Assembly: GCA_964549355.1 (NCBI GenBank)
Contig: CAZJUS010000006.1
Coordinates: 1-35,738, forward strand
Length of the DNA: 35,738 nucleotides
Direction: 5' to 3'
Origin: Candidatus Undinarchaeota archaeon
Lineage (GTDB): Archaea; SpSt-1190
The position numbers were made by a program, and so were the translations under genes. The notes below the pieces were generated by a model. That model worked only from the letters and a program-made list of their open reading frames with translations. It had not been told where the DNA came from and made no database searches. This document shows positions 1-8,314 of this stretch, one piece after another; position 1 is the stretch's first letter; each line of letters opens with the position of its first letter.

Positions 1-112
1 AAAGAATGTTGGAAAACAATTTCAGAATTGCACCAAATATTGTAATTGTAATCCCTATGTCCAAAACGGAATCAATTTGTATGTTTGATAGAATGTTTAA
101 CACATTAAACAT
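1..112 (-). CDS. Possible small hydrophobic protein, running off the left edge (partial)
   Basis: ATG at 112 opens a stop-free frame to the edge (MFNVLNILSNIQIDSVLDIGITITIFGAILKLFSNIL...). AT-rich; no family recognised. Confidence 0.3.
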   Translation of the reverse strand, partial: MFNVLNILSNIQIDSVLDIGITITIFGAILKLFSNIL

Positions 113-158
113 ACATTTCTAAGTTTTTAGAGATTGTCTATTCTGAATTTGTATGCGG

Positions 159-200
159 GCCCGTCCGAAGGACGGGCGGACGGTGGCTGAAAGTCACCGT
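159..200. repeat. Two tandem inverted repeats with GAA triloops
   Basis: GCCCGTCC-GAA-GGACGGGC (159-177, perfect) and ACGGTGGCT-GAA-AGTCACCGT (180-200, one G.T pair), followed by a T-run on the + strand. Confidence 0.75.
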
Positions 201-231
201 TTTTTGATGAAACTTTTTTCTAAAAAGTTTC
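200..231 (-). repeat. Palindromic element immediately 3' of tRNA-Tyr (copy 1)
   Basis: Minus strand reads GAAACTTTTT-AGA-AAAAAGTTTC-ATCAAAAA, with perfect 10-bp arms. A related copy follows tRNA-Gly. Confidence 0.8.
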
Positions 232-232
232 G

Positions 233-349
233 TCCCGCGGGCCAGATTCGAACTGGCGACTTGTCGGTTTCTATCGGAACGATGGCTACTCTCCAAGAGC
301 CGTTGCTCTCGGCTACAGCCGACCGCTCTATCCACTGAGCTACCGCGGG
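233..349 (-). tRNA. tRNA-Tyr(GTA) with 44-nt intron at position 37/38 (intron 269-312)
   Basis: Cloverleaf CCCGCGG-TA-GCTC-AGTGGATA-GAGC-G-GTCGG-CTGTAG[intron]A-CCGAC-AAGTC-GCCAG-TTCGAAT-CTGGC-CCGCGGG-A. Archaeal Tyr identity C1:G72/A73. Bulge-helix-bulge motif: CTGT/ATAG central helix with 3-nt bulges. CCA not encoded. Confidence 0.97.
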
Positions 350-382
350 AAGCGACGATCAGTAAGTATGGTTTCTTTGTGT

Positions 383-396
383 TTTATATATGTTTG
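383..396 (-). promoter_or_regulatory. Putative BRE/TATA promoter of tRNA-Tyr
   Basis: Minus strand CAAACATATATAAA about 35 nt upstream of the tRNA 5' end. Confidence 0.6.
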
Positions 397-403
397 GTGG
401 ATG

Positions 404-1273
404 TTAGCCAAGCTTTTTGAAAACGTCCGCCCTTTCCTTCATTATCTCAAAGCCTGCAACGGCCGGTGGCAGTATCCCCAGGTCGGTCACAATCCCTTTT
501 ATGTGCTTGGCGGGCACAAGCTCAAAGGCAGGGTTCCTGACATCGACAGGGTAGTCCCAGATTTCTCTCGGGTCCCTCTGCTCTATTTCAACGCTCTTGG
601 CAAACAGGCTGTTCCTGTCCAGCTTCAGGCTGTGCCCGCAGGCATAAAGCGGGATGTTCATGCTGTCTGCTGCCAGCGCCAGCAGGCCCGACCCGATTTT
701 ATTGGCGACCGACCCGTCCATGAAAATGGCATCCAGCCCGATCAGGCACAAGTCTACACGGTCGTCCTTCATGGCCTTCATCATGGCCGAATCAACATAG
801 TGGGCGACATGCATGCCCCCTTTGTACAGCTCCTCTGCAGTCTTCCTGCCCTGATACAGCGGACGGGTTTCTGTATTCACGACCCTGACCTGCTTGCCGT
901 CGTTCCTGGCTTTCAGCAGAATTTTTACGACGGTCGAACTGTGGCATATGGTCTGGACTGTCATCCCGTCCTCAATGATATTGGCGCCGATTTCCACGAC
1001 TCTGTCCGTCCCCCTGGCGATGGCATCAATGAATCCCCGGGCTTTTCCCGGGACTGCGTCCGCCTCAAGCTTCTTCAGGTAGCCGAGGGTGTTTATCATC
1101 ATCGGCTCTGTTGGGCGGGTCGAGACCAGCAGGTCCACGGCACCCCCTATTGGCTCCCCCGGATGCCTGCCGGCGAAACCCTCCACTGCCTTCAAGGCTT
1201 CCAGGGCCACATTGGCAGCGCCCTGAATTTCAAGCTTCCTTATTTTTTCCGCGACCGCTTTGACTTTTTCCAT
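404..1273 (-). CDS. Ribose-1,5-bisphosphate isomerase (eIF2B-like family)
   Basis: Motifs IQGA, RPTEPM, CHSSTV, TETRPLYQG, DAIxxDGSVANKIGS, NPAFE. Overlaps the 3' end of the RuBisCO gene. Confidence 0.93.
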   Translation of the reverse strand: MEKVKAVAEKIRKLEIQGAANVALEALKAVEGFAGRHPGEPIGGAVDLLVSTRPTEPMMINTLGYLKKLEADAVPGKARGFIDAIARGTDRVVEIGANIIEDGMTVQTICHSSTVVKILLKARNDGKQVRVVNTETRPLYQGRKTAEELYKGGMHVAHYVDSAMMKAMKDDRVDLCLIGLDAIFMDGSVANKIGSGLLALAADSMNIPLYACGHSLKLDRNSLFAKSVEIEQRDPREIWDYPVDVRNPAFELVPAKHIKGIVTDLGILPPAVAGFEIMKERADVFKKLG

Positions 1274-2673
1274 TTAGGCATCTTCCCGCTTTCTTCTATC
1301 CTCTCCAGGACCCCGTAGCCTTTTTTGTAAATCAGTTTTTTGACTTTTGACCTGTCCTTCTCCCACTGCGCCAGCAGTTTCTTGACGGATTCCGGCTTCA
1401 CGTAGCCCCATTGATTTATGGCTTCAGTGTAGCTGGGATTCGGCTCGAGCGGTTTTTTTGAGACCGTTTTTTCCGCTGCAAACCTCAGGGCCCGGGCCCC
1501 TGCGAAAGTCCCTGCAACGTGGCCGTGGACCCCTCCCCCCGCCTGTATGGTCACGTCGGTGGTCCCGTAGACTGCGCATACTGCTTCGACCATGCCGGGA
1601 TGCAGGCCTCCGCTGGCTACGGGCATGACCGGCTTCAGGTGCCTGCTCCACTTGAAGTCCAAAAACAGGGGCTCCGCATTTTCTATCTTGTACTCCCTGC
1701 AGAGTTTCCCGAATTTTCTTACTATGAGGGCAGACCCTTCCATTTTGCCGACGCCTGTTCCGGTGTGGATTTGGTCCACTCCCAAGAGCCTCATGATTTT
1801 GGTCCAGAATGCGAAGCTGACGCCCCTTTTGCCACGGGTTTCTGCCCCGTGCCCCGCCCTGTGGGCGTGGACAAGAAAACCCCTCTTGTGCAGTTCATCA
1901 ATCATGTATTTGGTTGCAGGAACCCCAAGCAGATAAACGTCAAGCATGCACATCTTCCAGCCGATTTCCTCCAGGAAATCGACCCGCTCCATCATCCGGG
2001 GGATGAAGTCTGTGATATTGGGCAGATAGATTTTGGGCTCCCCCAATCCGTCAACAGCATCCACGACTTTTGAGACCCTTTCTTCCCAGGGGCAGAATTT
2101 CTGGTCCACCAGATTCTCATCATCCTTGACGAGGTCGCATCCGCCTGAGAATGCAGCAAGGGCGACCTCCCTGAATTCAGACGGCGTCAGTCCGATTTTC
2201 GGCTTCACTATAGTGCCGACATGGGGCCTCTTGCTCTTCAAAGTCCCCACTATCTTGCGGATGCCCTTTATCCCCAGCTTGGGGCCTTTGAACCTCCTTT
2301 GGTATTTGAGGGGCATGGTCCAGTCCAGGATTTTCAGCTCATCAACTTCCTTTATGCCGTAGATGTTCCCGCGGATGCTGGCCAGCAGTTGCATTATATT
2401 GTCCTTGTCAAAATTTTCTTCCGGATATGCTATCTTGACGAATCCAGAGTTTTTGGTGGTCTTTTTTATGTCATAAATCACCCCTTTCAGAGTGTCCCAT
2501 ACCCGGGGCTTCATGGTGCTGAGGCTGGTCCATGTCCCGATTGAGCTCTCGGAGTTGATGCTTTCCGCCAGCTTTTCCAGCTTCCCCTTGCCTTTAATCC
2601 ACAGCAGAGTTATTACGTCGGATTTTTCAGGTGTATAATCCAAATCAATATACGAATATCCGCCATATGCCAT
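1240..2673 (-). CDS. rbcL: RuBisCO large subunit, archaeal form III-related
   Basis: Full catalytic motif set: ESSIGTW, GN, VKPKIGL, KDDENL, HAHRAGH, QIHTGT-GKMEG, SGGLHPG, QAGGGVHGH. Adjacent to R15P isomerase. Confidence 0.95.
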   Translation of the reverse strand: MAYGGYSYIDLDYTPEKSDVITLLWIKGKGKLEKLAESINSESSIGTWTSLSTMKPRVWDTLKGVIYDIKKTTKNSGFVKIAYPEENFDKDNIMQLLASIRGNIYGIKEVDELKILDWTMPLKYQRRFKGPKLGIKGIRKIVGTLKSKRPHVGTIVKPKIGLTPSEFREVALAAFSGGCDLVKDDENLVDQKFCPWEERVSKVVDAVDGLGEPKIYLPNITDFIPRMMERVDFLEEIGWKMCMLDVYLLGVPATKYMIDELHKRGFLVHAHRAGHGAETRGKRGVSFAFWTKIMRLLGVDQIHTGTGVGKMEGSALIVRKFGKLCREYKIENAEPLFLDFKWSRHLKPVMPVASGGLHPGMVEAVCAVYGTTDVTIQAGGGVHGHVAGTFAGARALRFAAEKTVSKKPLEPNPSYTEAINQWGYVKPESVKKLLAQWEKDRSKVKKLIYKKGYGVLERIEESGKMPKWKKSKRSRKK

Positions 2674-2677
2674 AATG

Positions 2678-3355
2678 TTAATCTGTTCTTGAAGTATAAA
2701 TGCGTTGGACGTGGGCCCTCACCTGGCATGCAAAGGCTTTGTACAATTCTTGGCTTTCCAAGGACCGGATAATGTAAACATCTTTCAGTGCGTTGTTTAC
2801 TTTTTCAAATGAGAACTTTTTGTTTTTGAGCCTTTCCGCAACTATCGGCACAAGGGCCATGACATCATTTCCGTCTTTCATTCTTTTCCTGGAATTGTAT
2901 GATGCAATTTTCGAAGCGACAAGATGCTCCAGGTTGAGTACATTCACTTCCAGGTTCTTCGACACTTTGAGTTTTTCTCCAACATACTGCCCATTTATCT
3001 CCAAGGGATGCTCCTCAATTGAAATGTAAGTGCCTGTTTTCATGCCGTCGAACATAAAATTAGTGTAATTGCCTTTGTCTTCAATCTTAAAGACAGGGGT
3101 GTCGCTTCTTTCATCTTCCCCACCGGTTTCGGCAGGAGAAAACAATGCGTCGATGAATCCGCTGGTCGCAAGCACGTCAAGGTCCTTGGACTTTCTTCTT
3201 CCAGCTTTTACATTGTGGGCTTTCAGGTATGCCTGGACTGCCATCCCGCCGACAAGCACATATCTGTTTTCATCCGAGTTTTTTTCAATGCGGTTTAAAC
3301 AATCTATTGCAGAATAAAATTCCTCGAACGGCACATCCCTGCTATGGTTCCCCAC
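2678..3355 (-). CDS. Nucleotidyltransferase-fold protein (AbiEii-like / DNA pol beta superfamily)
   Basis: YVLVGGMAV ... RKSKDLDVL ... LEHLVASKI ... RMKDGND pattern (GG, RxSxDxD, K, R-KDxxD). GTG start. Confidence 0.75.
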   Translation of the reverse strand: MGNHSRDVPFEEFYSAIDCLNRIEKNSDENRYVLVGGMAVQAYLKAHNVKAGRRKSKDLDVLATSGFIDALFSPAETGGEDERSDTPVFKIEDKGNYTNFMFDGMKTGTYISIEEHPLEINGQYVGEKLKVSKNLEVNVLNLEHLVASKIASYNSRKRMKDGNDVMALVPIVAERLKNKKFSFEKVNNALKDVYIIRSLESQELYKAFACQVRAHVQRIYTSRTD

Positions 3356-3453
3356 TTCATTTCTTTGGGGCTTCCCGAATAAATACTTTTGCTACCCCTT
3401 GGTGACGTTACTTTCAAGCAAAGGCATAAATGCATACTTTTGGAATTCAAGCC

Positions 3454-3891
3454 ATGGAGCTCCTTGAGGCCTTGGCGTTTGTGCTTCTGCCAGTCTTCCT
3501 TGTTGTTTTTTTTGCAGGGAGGAACGCGGGCCTGAAAAAAGTCTCCATGGCAATTTCAGGCGAAACTTTCACGGTCGAGGTTGCAGACACCTGGTTCGCC
3601 CGCATGCGGGGGCTCCAGAACCGCACCGGCATTGGGCCGAACGAGGGCATGCTTTTTGTCTTCCCCCGGGAGGGCCGGCCGAGCTTCTGGATGAAGGATG
3701 TGGAATTCCCCCTCGATATTGTTTTCCTGGACAAGGACAAGACCATAGTGGAGGTCTTTGAAAAACTGCCCCCGTGCATGTCCCCCTTCTGCCGGACCTA
3801 CAGGCCAAGCTCAAAAATAAAATACGCCCTGGAATTGCCGGCGGGGACTGCAGAACGGCTCGGCATCAAGCCCGGTGCAAGCTTCAGATGA
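3454..3891 (+). CDS. DUF192 family protein with N-terminal membrane anchor
   Basis: VEVADT..R.RGL, GMLFVF, FWMKDVEFPLDIVFLD, YALELPAG. Start chosen at ATG 3454 (alternative 3430). Confidence 0.88.
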   Translation: MELLEALAFVLLPVFLVVFFAGRNAGLKKVSMAISGETFTVEVADTWFARMRGLQNRTGIGPNEGMLFVFPREGRPSFWMKDVEFPLDIVFLDKDKTIVEVFEKLPPCMSPFCRTYRPSSKIKYALELPAGTAERLGIKPGASFR

Positions 3892-3915
3892 ATCCAGAAC
3901 CGCCCCGGATGGATT

Positions 3916-4977
3916 TCAGAGCCAGCAACCGGGGTCTCTTGCAGCAATATTTTTTGTTGAATAGAAGGCATGCGCTCTGCATCCCCCCTTGCAGAAGCTG
4001 AAGTGCCTGCATGCCCTGCACGCTTCGTCCATTTTTTCACTTTCGTGGATTTCGAGGAAGGCTTTTGTCCGCCCGGAGGACAGAATTTCCTTCAACGGCG
4101 ACTGCCTGAGGTCTCCAAGCACATAGCCCACCAGTGCAAGGCAGGGCGTGACTTTCAAATCGCTTCGGATGCCTATATTGGACGTGGCTGCATTGCATAC
4201 CTTCGAGCCCCTCAGCTTCGGGTCCAAAAGAAATTCAAAGGTTTCGAAATGCTTGAGATAGCCTGTCCCAATGCGCCTTTCGGTTTTCAGTCGTTGCAGG
4301 CTTTCGACGTATCCTTTGTATTCTTCCAAGTCCAGCCACAGCTCCTTGCTGGACTCCGCCCTCCCTCCCGGGATTACCCTCGCAAAGTTGATGGCCGGCA
4401 CCCCCCTCTCCTGCAGTATGTCGATGATATTCGGAATCTGCTGGAGGTTTTTTCGGGTCACCACGCATGACATGTTCAGCTTTATTGGGGATGCGGACAC
4501 CATCTCAACTTTTTCCATGAGCGTGCGGAAACTGCCTTTGATTCCCGTCAGGTCTTCATGCGTCCGGGCATCCGCACCATATATGCTGCTCCTTATGCAT
4601 TCGACATTGACAGTTTCAAGGAATGCCAGCATTTTTTCATCCATTTTTGACAAATTGGTGTTCAGGATAATTGAAAACTTGTGCGCATCGATCATCTTGA
4701 CTATCTCAAACCAATCATCCCTTACGGTCGGTTCTCCTCCAGTGACAATAATTTTTTTGAAGCCGAGGGGCCGCAACTGGCCCAGGACGCCCTCGCATTC
4801 TTCGAGTGTGAATTCCCGGGGCCTTTTCCTTCCCGCATCTGCAAGACAGTGCCTGCAACGGTAATTGCAGGCTCGAGTGATTTCGAGCTCGACAGTCTTC
4901 ACACAAAGTTGCTTCCCCGGAAAATATAACCTTATTTGATTTTCTCCAGCCAGCTCCCGAACTCCTCGCCCTTCCAC
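3916..4977 (-). CDS. Radical SAM protein with C-terminal SPASM domain
   Basis: CNYRCRHC (CxxxCxxC), TGGEP, SPASM cysteines C...G...TPC and CRACRHFSFCKGGC...DPGC. GTG start inside rpoD; start uncertain. Confidence 0.9.
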   Translation of the reverse strand: MEGRGVRELAGENQIRLYFPGKQLCVKTVELEITRACNYRCRHCLADAGRKRPREFTLEECEGVLGQLRPLGFKKIIVTGGEPTVRDDWFEIVKMIDAHKFSIILNTNLSKMDEKMLAFLETVNVECIRSSIYGADARTHEDLTGIKGSFRTLMEKVEMVSASPIKLNMSCVVTRKNLQQIPNIIDILQERGVPAINFARVIPGGRAESSKELWLDLEEYKGYVESLQRLKTERRIGTGYLKHFETFEFLLDPKLRGSKVCNAATSNIGIRSDLKVTPCLALVGYVLGDLRQSPLKEILSSGRTKAFLEIHESEKMDEACRACRHFSFCKGGCRAHAFYSTKNIAARDPGCWL

Positions 4978-5531
4978 CTGACTGCCCTGGCCGCCCGGAG
5001 CATGATGTCCTTCACGGGCATATTGCCGAAGCTCTCCACGTAGAATTCAAACTCCGCAGGCGCGTCCTTGGTCTGCTTGTAGAAGGCGTGGCCGGGCTGC
5101 CATTTGGCATGCTCTTTGCCTTTGCCCACCACGGCCCAGGCTTCAACTTCGACTTCCTGGCCCCTGTCAAGCTTGACCAGCGGGATGTCCGGGAAGGCCG
5201 GCACAATTTCAGGGTCCATGCTTTGCAGGTCCCGGGAATACAAAGTTGCAGGGCCTTCGCCCTTGAGTATGAAGGCAACCTTGTGGTTGTCCTTGTTTTC
5301 GTAGGCCTCCGGTGCAGCCCTGATGGGAATCAGGCCCAGCCTGAGCGCCAGCACCTCGTCATAGAAGGCCGAGTTGTTCTTCAGTATATTGACGTCCTCT
5401 ATGGCCATGCACGGCACTTCAGTCATGATGGCCCGCCTGATGGCGTTCACAAAACTGACCGGTGCACCGCTTATCTTGAATATCATCCACTCCACAGGCT
5501 TGTTGCCCTTCTTGATTGTTTCAATTTTCAC
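4932..5531 (-). CDS. rpoD: DNA-directed RNA polymerase subunit D (Rpo3), short form
   Basis: [61 protein letters not shown] overlap with rps11. Confidence 0.95.
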   Translation of the reverse strand: MKIETIKKGNKPVEWMIFKISGAPVSFVNAIRRAIMTEVPCMAIEDVNILKNNSAFYDEVLALRLGLIPIRAAPEAYENKDNHKVAFILKGEGPATLYSRDLQSMDPEIVPAFPDIPLVKLDRGQEVEVEAWAVVGKGKEHAKWQPGHAFYKQTKDAPAEFEFYVESFGNMPVKDIMLRAARAVRWKGEEFGSWLEKIK

Positions 5532-5926
5532 AGTCTCCGCCCCCTCCTTCCCCCCGGCTTCTTGGTGGTGTCGTGAGGGATGGGAGTTACATTTTCAATC
5601 TTGCCTATCCGCAGGCCGTATCTTGAGAGCGCCCTGACAGTTGCATGTGCACCCTGGCCGGGGTTCCTGGCTCCATGGCCTCCGGGAGCTCTGATTTGTA
5701 TATGGACGCCGGTTATGCCTTTCTCCAAAGCGTCCTTGGCAGCCTTGTTGGCTGCAATCATGGCTGCGTATGCAGACCCTTCGAGCCGGGACGCCTTCAC
5801 CACGCGCCCCCCGCTCCAGCGGGTTATGGTTTCGGAGCCGGTGATGTCGGTGATTGTGATGATGGTGTTGTTCTTGCTGGCATAAATCTTGGCTATGCCC
5901 CAGCGGATTTTTTCAGGCTTCGGCAT
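5528..5926 (-). CDS. rps11: 30S ribosomal protein S11 (uS11)
   Basis: [25 protein letters not shown]...[10 protein letters not shown]...[11 protein letters not shown] 5926 preceded by GGAGG. Confidence 0.97.
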   Translation of the reverse strand: MPKPEKIRWGIAKIYASKNNTIITITDITGSETITRWSGGRVVKASRLEGSAYAAMIAANKAAKDALEKGITGVHIQIRAPGGHGARNPGQGAHATVRALSRYGLRIGKIENVTPIPHDTTKKPGGRRGRRL

Positions 5927-6554
5927 CTTCAGTCTCCTCCTCTTCAGGAAGCGGTTCCGATTTTTCAACAGCTTCATCCACTTCTTTCAGTTTTTCAGCA
6001 GCGTCCTCCTGCTTGTCTTCGGCACCCTCCTTTTTTTCAGGCTCCTCTTCTTTTGCTTCCGCTTTTCTCAGCGGATGATTGGGGTCTGAAATAGGGGAGT
6101 TGTCGGCATATTTGACGAGTGGCTCTTCATCAACTTTGACATGGTAGCTGGGGATTGATACGACTCTGTCGCCCACCATTATATGGTTGTGGATTATCAA
6201 CTGCCTTGCCTGCCTGATGCTGTTGGCCAGCCCTTTCCTGTACACTATGGTCTGCAATCTCCTCTCAAGCAGGTCCTTGACTTGCAGTCCCAGTATATCA
6301 TCCAGGCCGAAGTCGCCCTTCAGGATGCCCTGCCTTTTGAGCTTGGCAAAAATCTCTTCCTTGCCTGTTTCATCAGTGAAAAATTTCCGGGCGCTGTTGC
6401 GGAAGCTGCTGATTATCTGTTTGGCCTTCCAAAGCTCCCTTTTGTTTTTCAAGCCGTAGATGCTTACAAGCTTGCTTTCCTCCAGAATCCGGGCTTTGTC
6501 AAATTTTTTGGCCGGCTTTTTGTAGGTGGGTCTCTGCTTCTTCACATCAATCAC
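5913..6554 (-). CDS. rps4: 30S ribosomal protein S4 (uS4) with acidic C-terminal extension
   Basis: [42 protein letters not shown]. Last ~45 aa are Glu/Asp-rich. Confidence 0.96.
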   Translation of the reverse strand: MIDVKKQRPTYKKPAKKFDKARILEESKLVSIYGLKNKRELWKAKQIISSFRNSARKFFTDETGKEEIFAKLKRQGILKGDFGLDDILGLQVKDLLERRLQTIVYRKGLANSIRQARQLIIHNHIMVGDRVVSIPSYHVKVDEEPLVKYADNSPISDPNHPLRKAEAKEEEPEKKEGAEDKQEDAAEKLKEVDEAVEKSEPLPEEEETEDAEA

Positions 6555-6555
6555 T

Positions 6556-7032
6556 TCACTTCTTTACTTTGCTCCTGCTGACCCCCATGGACCTGCCCTT
6601 GCGCCCGGTGGACTTGGTTTTTTGGCCCCGCACTTTCAGCCCCAGGGCATGCCTTACGCCTTTGTAGCTTTTTACTTTCTTCATGCGGTCCAGGATATTT
6701 TTTTTGTGTATTATCAAATCAGGGCCCACAAAATGAGCGTCCCTGCCTGTAATGGAGTTTTTGCGGGCATTGACCAAATGGGCAGGAATTCCATGCCCCA
6801 GCGGGTCAAGGACGCATTTTTCAATCCTTTCGATTTCCTCATCACTGAGCATGCCGAAGGTGTAGGAAGGCTCCAGCTTCAGGACTTTCATTATTGCATC
6901 CGCCATGACATCCCCGACCCCCCTGATGCGGGTCAGGGCCAGCTTGGTAGGCAGATCGCCCTTCAGCTCGCTGGAAGCGACCCTGACTATGTGCTTCATA
7001 CTGCTTTTGGATTTTTTATCAATTTCAGCCAC
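6556..7032 (-). CDS. rps13: 30S ribosomal protein S13 (uS13)
   Basis: [35 protein letters not shown] start with GGGTGA RBS. Confidence 0.96.
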   Translation of the reverse strand: MAEIDKKSKSSMKHIVRVASSELKGDLPTKLALTRIRGVGDVMADAIMKVLKLEPSYTFGMLSDEEIERIEKCVLDPLGHGIPAHLVNARKNSITGRDAHFVGPDLIIHKKNILDRMKKVKSYKGVRHALGLKVRGQKTKSTGRKGRSMGVSRSKVKK

Positions 7033-7062
7033 ACATTCACCCCTTTAATTTTAATATAAGGC

Positions 7063-7692
7063 TTACGGTCTCCTCCTGTAATTCCCTGCCTGGGGCCTCC
7101 TTGGGGGGAGCACAAAGAAATAGTATTTTTCATCTTCTTCAAGCTCCTTGAGTATCCTCTCTTTCAGGCTTTTTTTCAGGTCGAGAATCAGCGGAATTCT
7201 GTCTTTTATGTCCTGCAGGCTTTCAAAGGGCTTCCGGCGCTTCTCAATTATCTCCCACATGTGCTTCTTGCCTATGCCGGGCATGAGCTCCAGACTGTGC
7301 ATGCGGGTTGTGATGGACGATGCTTTGTTGAAGAAATCCACAAATCTGGCTTCGTCTTCATCAATCAAACGCTCTATTGCACTTTCAAGCTCTGCTTTGG
7401 CGGCGCTGGACAGGCTTTCTTTTTTGATCCTGGCCCATGCCTGCACCTTCTCCTTGTCGTCCAGCTCGAACTCGTCCCCGACCTTCAGAGCCCCGCTGTT
7501 GCCTGCTTCTTCGGTCAGGACCGCCGCAACCAGGAAAAGCTTGTTTTTTGAAAGGGCATATGCCAGAGGCATTGTCAGATAGCCTCCCCTCAGCACCCTC
7601 AGGTTCCTGTGCCTGAACTCCCTCTCGGCGGACTGGTCCAGGCTTATCGGAGTTCCTTTTCGGACTAAATCCAGAATCACAAAACTATCCAT
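7063..7692 (-). CDS. DUF655 family putative RNA-binding protein
   Basis: FVDFFNKA.SITTRMHSLELMPGIGKKHMWEIIE.R..KPFES..DIKDRI. Typical position after rpoF. Confidence 0.9.
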   Translation of the reverse strand: MDSFVILDLVRKGTPISLDQSAEREFRHRNLRVLRGGYLTMPLAYALSKNKLFLVAAVLTEEAGNSGALKVGDEFELDDKEKVQAWARIKKESLSSAAKAELESAIERLIDEDEARFVDFFNKASSITTRMHSLELMPGIGKKHMWEIIEKRRKPFESLQDIKDRIPLILDLKKSLKERILKELEEDEKYYFFVLPPRRPQAGNYRRRP

Positions 7693-7696
7693 GCAA

Positions 7697-8026
7697 TCAC
7701 CTGTACTTGGCCAGAATCTCCAGAATTTTTTGTATGTTGTCCTTGCTCAGGGTGATTGTTTCCTTGACCATCAGGGCTTTCAGCTCGTCGGCGGTCTCTG
7801 GCATGATGTCTATGAGTTTGATTATATTCTTCTCTTTCAGGCGGGGGATATCCGCAGTCTCAAGCTCCTTCATGAGCTTCTGGGTGTCCCCCCAGTTGAG
7901 CTTTGAAAATTTGCTGACATACTCCTTGGCCAGCTTCTGCTCATAGTTGAGCTCTTTTATTTTGGCAAGCTCTTTCTTGACAAAACTCAGAGGCACGGCT
8001 TTTTTTTCTATAACATCCCCAAACAT
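7697..8026 (-). CDS. rpoF: DNA-directed RNA polymerase subunit F (Rpo4)
   Basis: ELNYEQKLAKEYVSKFSKL, IKLIDIMPET.DEL. Lies between rpl21e and DUF655. Confidence 0.9.
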   Translation of the reverse strand: MFGDVIEKKAVPLSFVKKELAKIKELNYEQKLAKEYVSKFSKLNWGDTQKLMKELETADIPRLKEKNIIKLIDIMPETADELKALMVKETITLSKDNIQKILEILAKYR

Positions 8027-8314
8027 CTACTTCACCTTCCTCAAATGTACGGGGTGGCTGGTTATTAGTTTTGCTGTCTTTACGTCCTTGATTTCAACAA
8101 TATACGACCTGCCTTTTTTTTCCTTCACTACCCCCATTTTGCCGTGGAAGCGGGGGTGGGGCATTCCTTTGTGGACTGCAGGCTCAATGACTATCTGCAC
8201 TTTGTCGCCTGTTTCAAACTCCTGCAGAATCTTATTGACCGGAGGCATGCCTCTCACTGACTTGCGCAGTTTCTGCCGCGTCCTAGCCCTGAAACCTTTT
8301 GCTTTGGATACCAT
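8027..8314 (-). CDS. rpl21e: 50S ribosomal protein L21e
   Basis: KGFRARTRQKL.K, GDKVQIVIEPAVHKGMPHPRFHGKMG, HPVHL. ATG 8314 (alternative GTG 8326). Confidence 0.96.
   Translation of the reverse strand: MVSKAKGFRARTRQKLRKSVRGMPPVNKILQEFETGDKVQIVIEPAVHKGMPHPRFHGKMGVVKEKKGRSYIVEIKDVKTAKLITSHPVHLRKVK

Noticed and set aside
138..338. 65- and 61-aa ORFs
   Set aside because: They overlap tRNA-Tyr and the hairpins; spurious.
368..2544. Plus-strand ORFs (316, 184, 114, 109, 107 aa)
   Set aside because: Antisense shadows of the isomerase and RuBisCO genes, with no motifs.
1240..2673. RuBisCO-like protein (form IV) or Calvin-cycle interpretation
   Set aside because: Catalytic motifs are complete and the neighbour is R15P isomerase; no rbcS or phosphoribulokinase is seen.
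3916..4977. Radical SAM as MoaA partner of moaC
   Set aside because: It has a full SPASM cysteine set and lacks the MoaA-type C-terminal signature.
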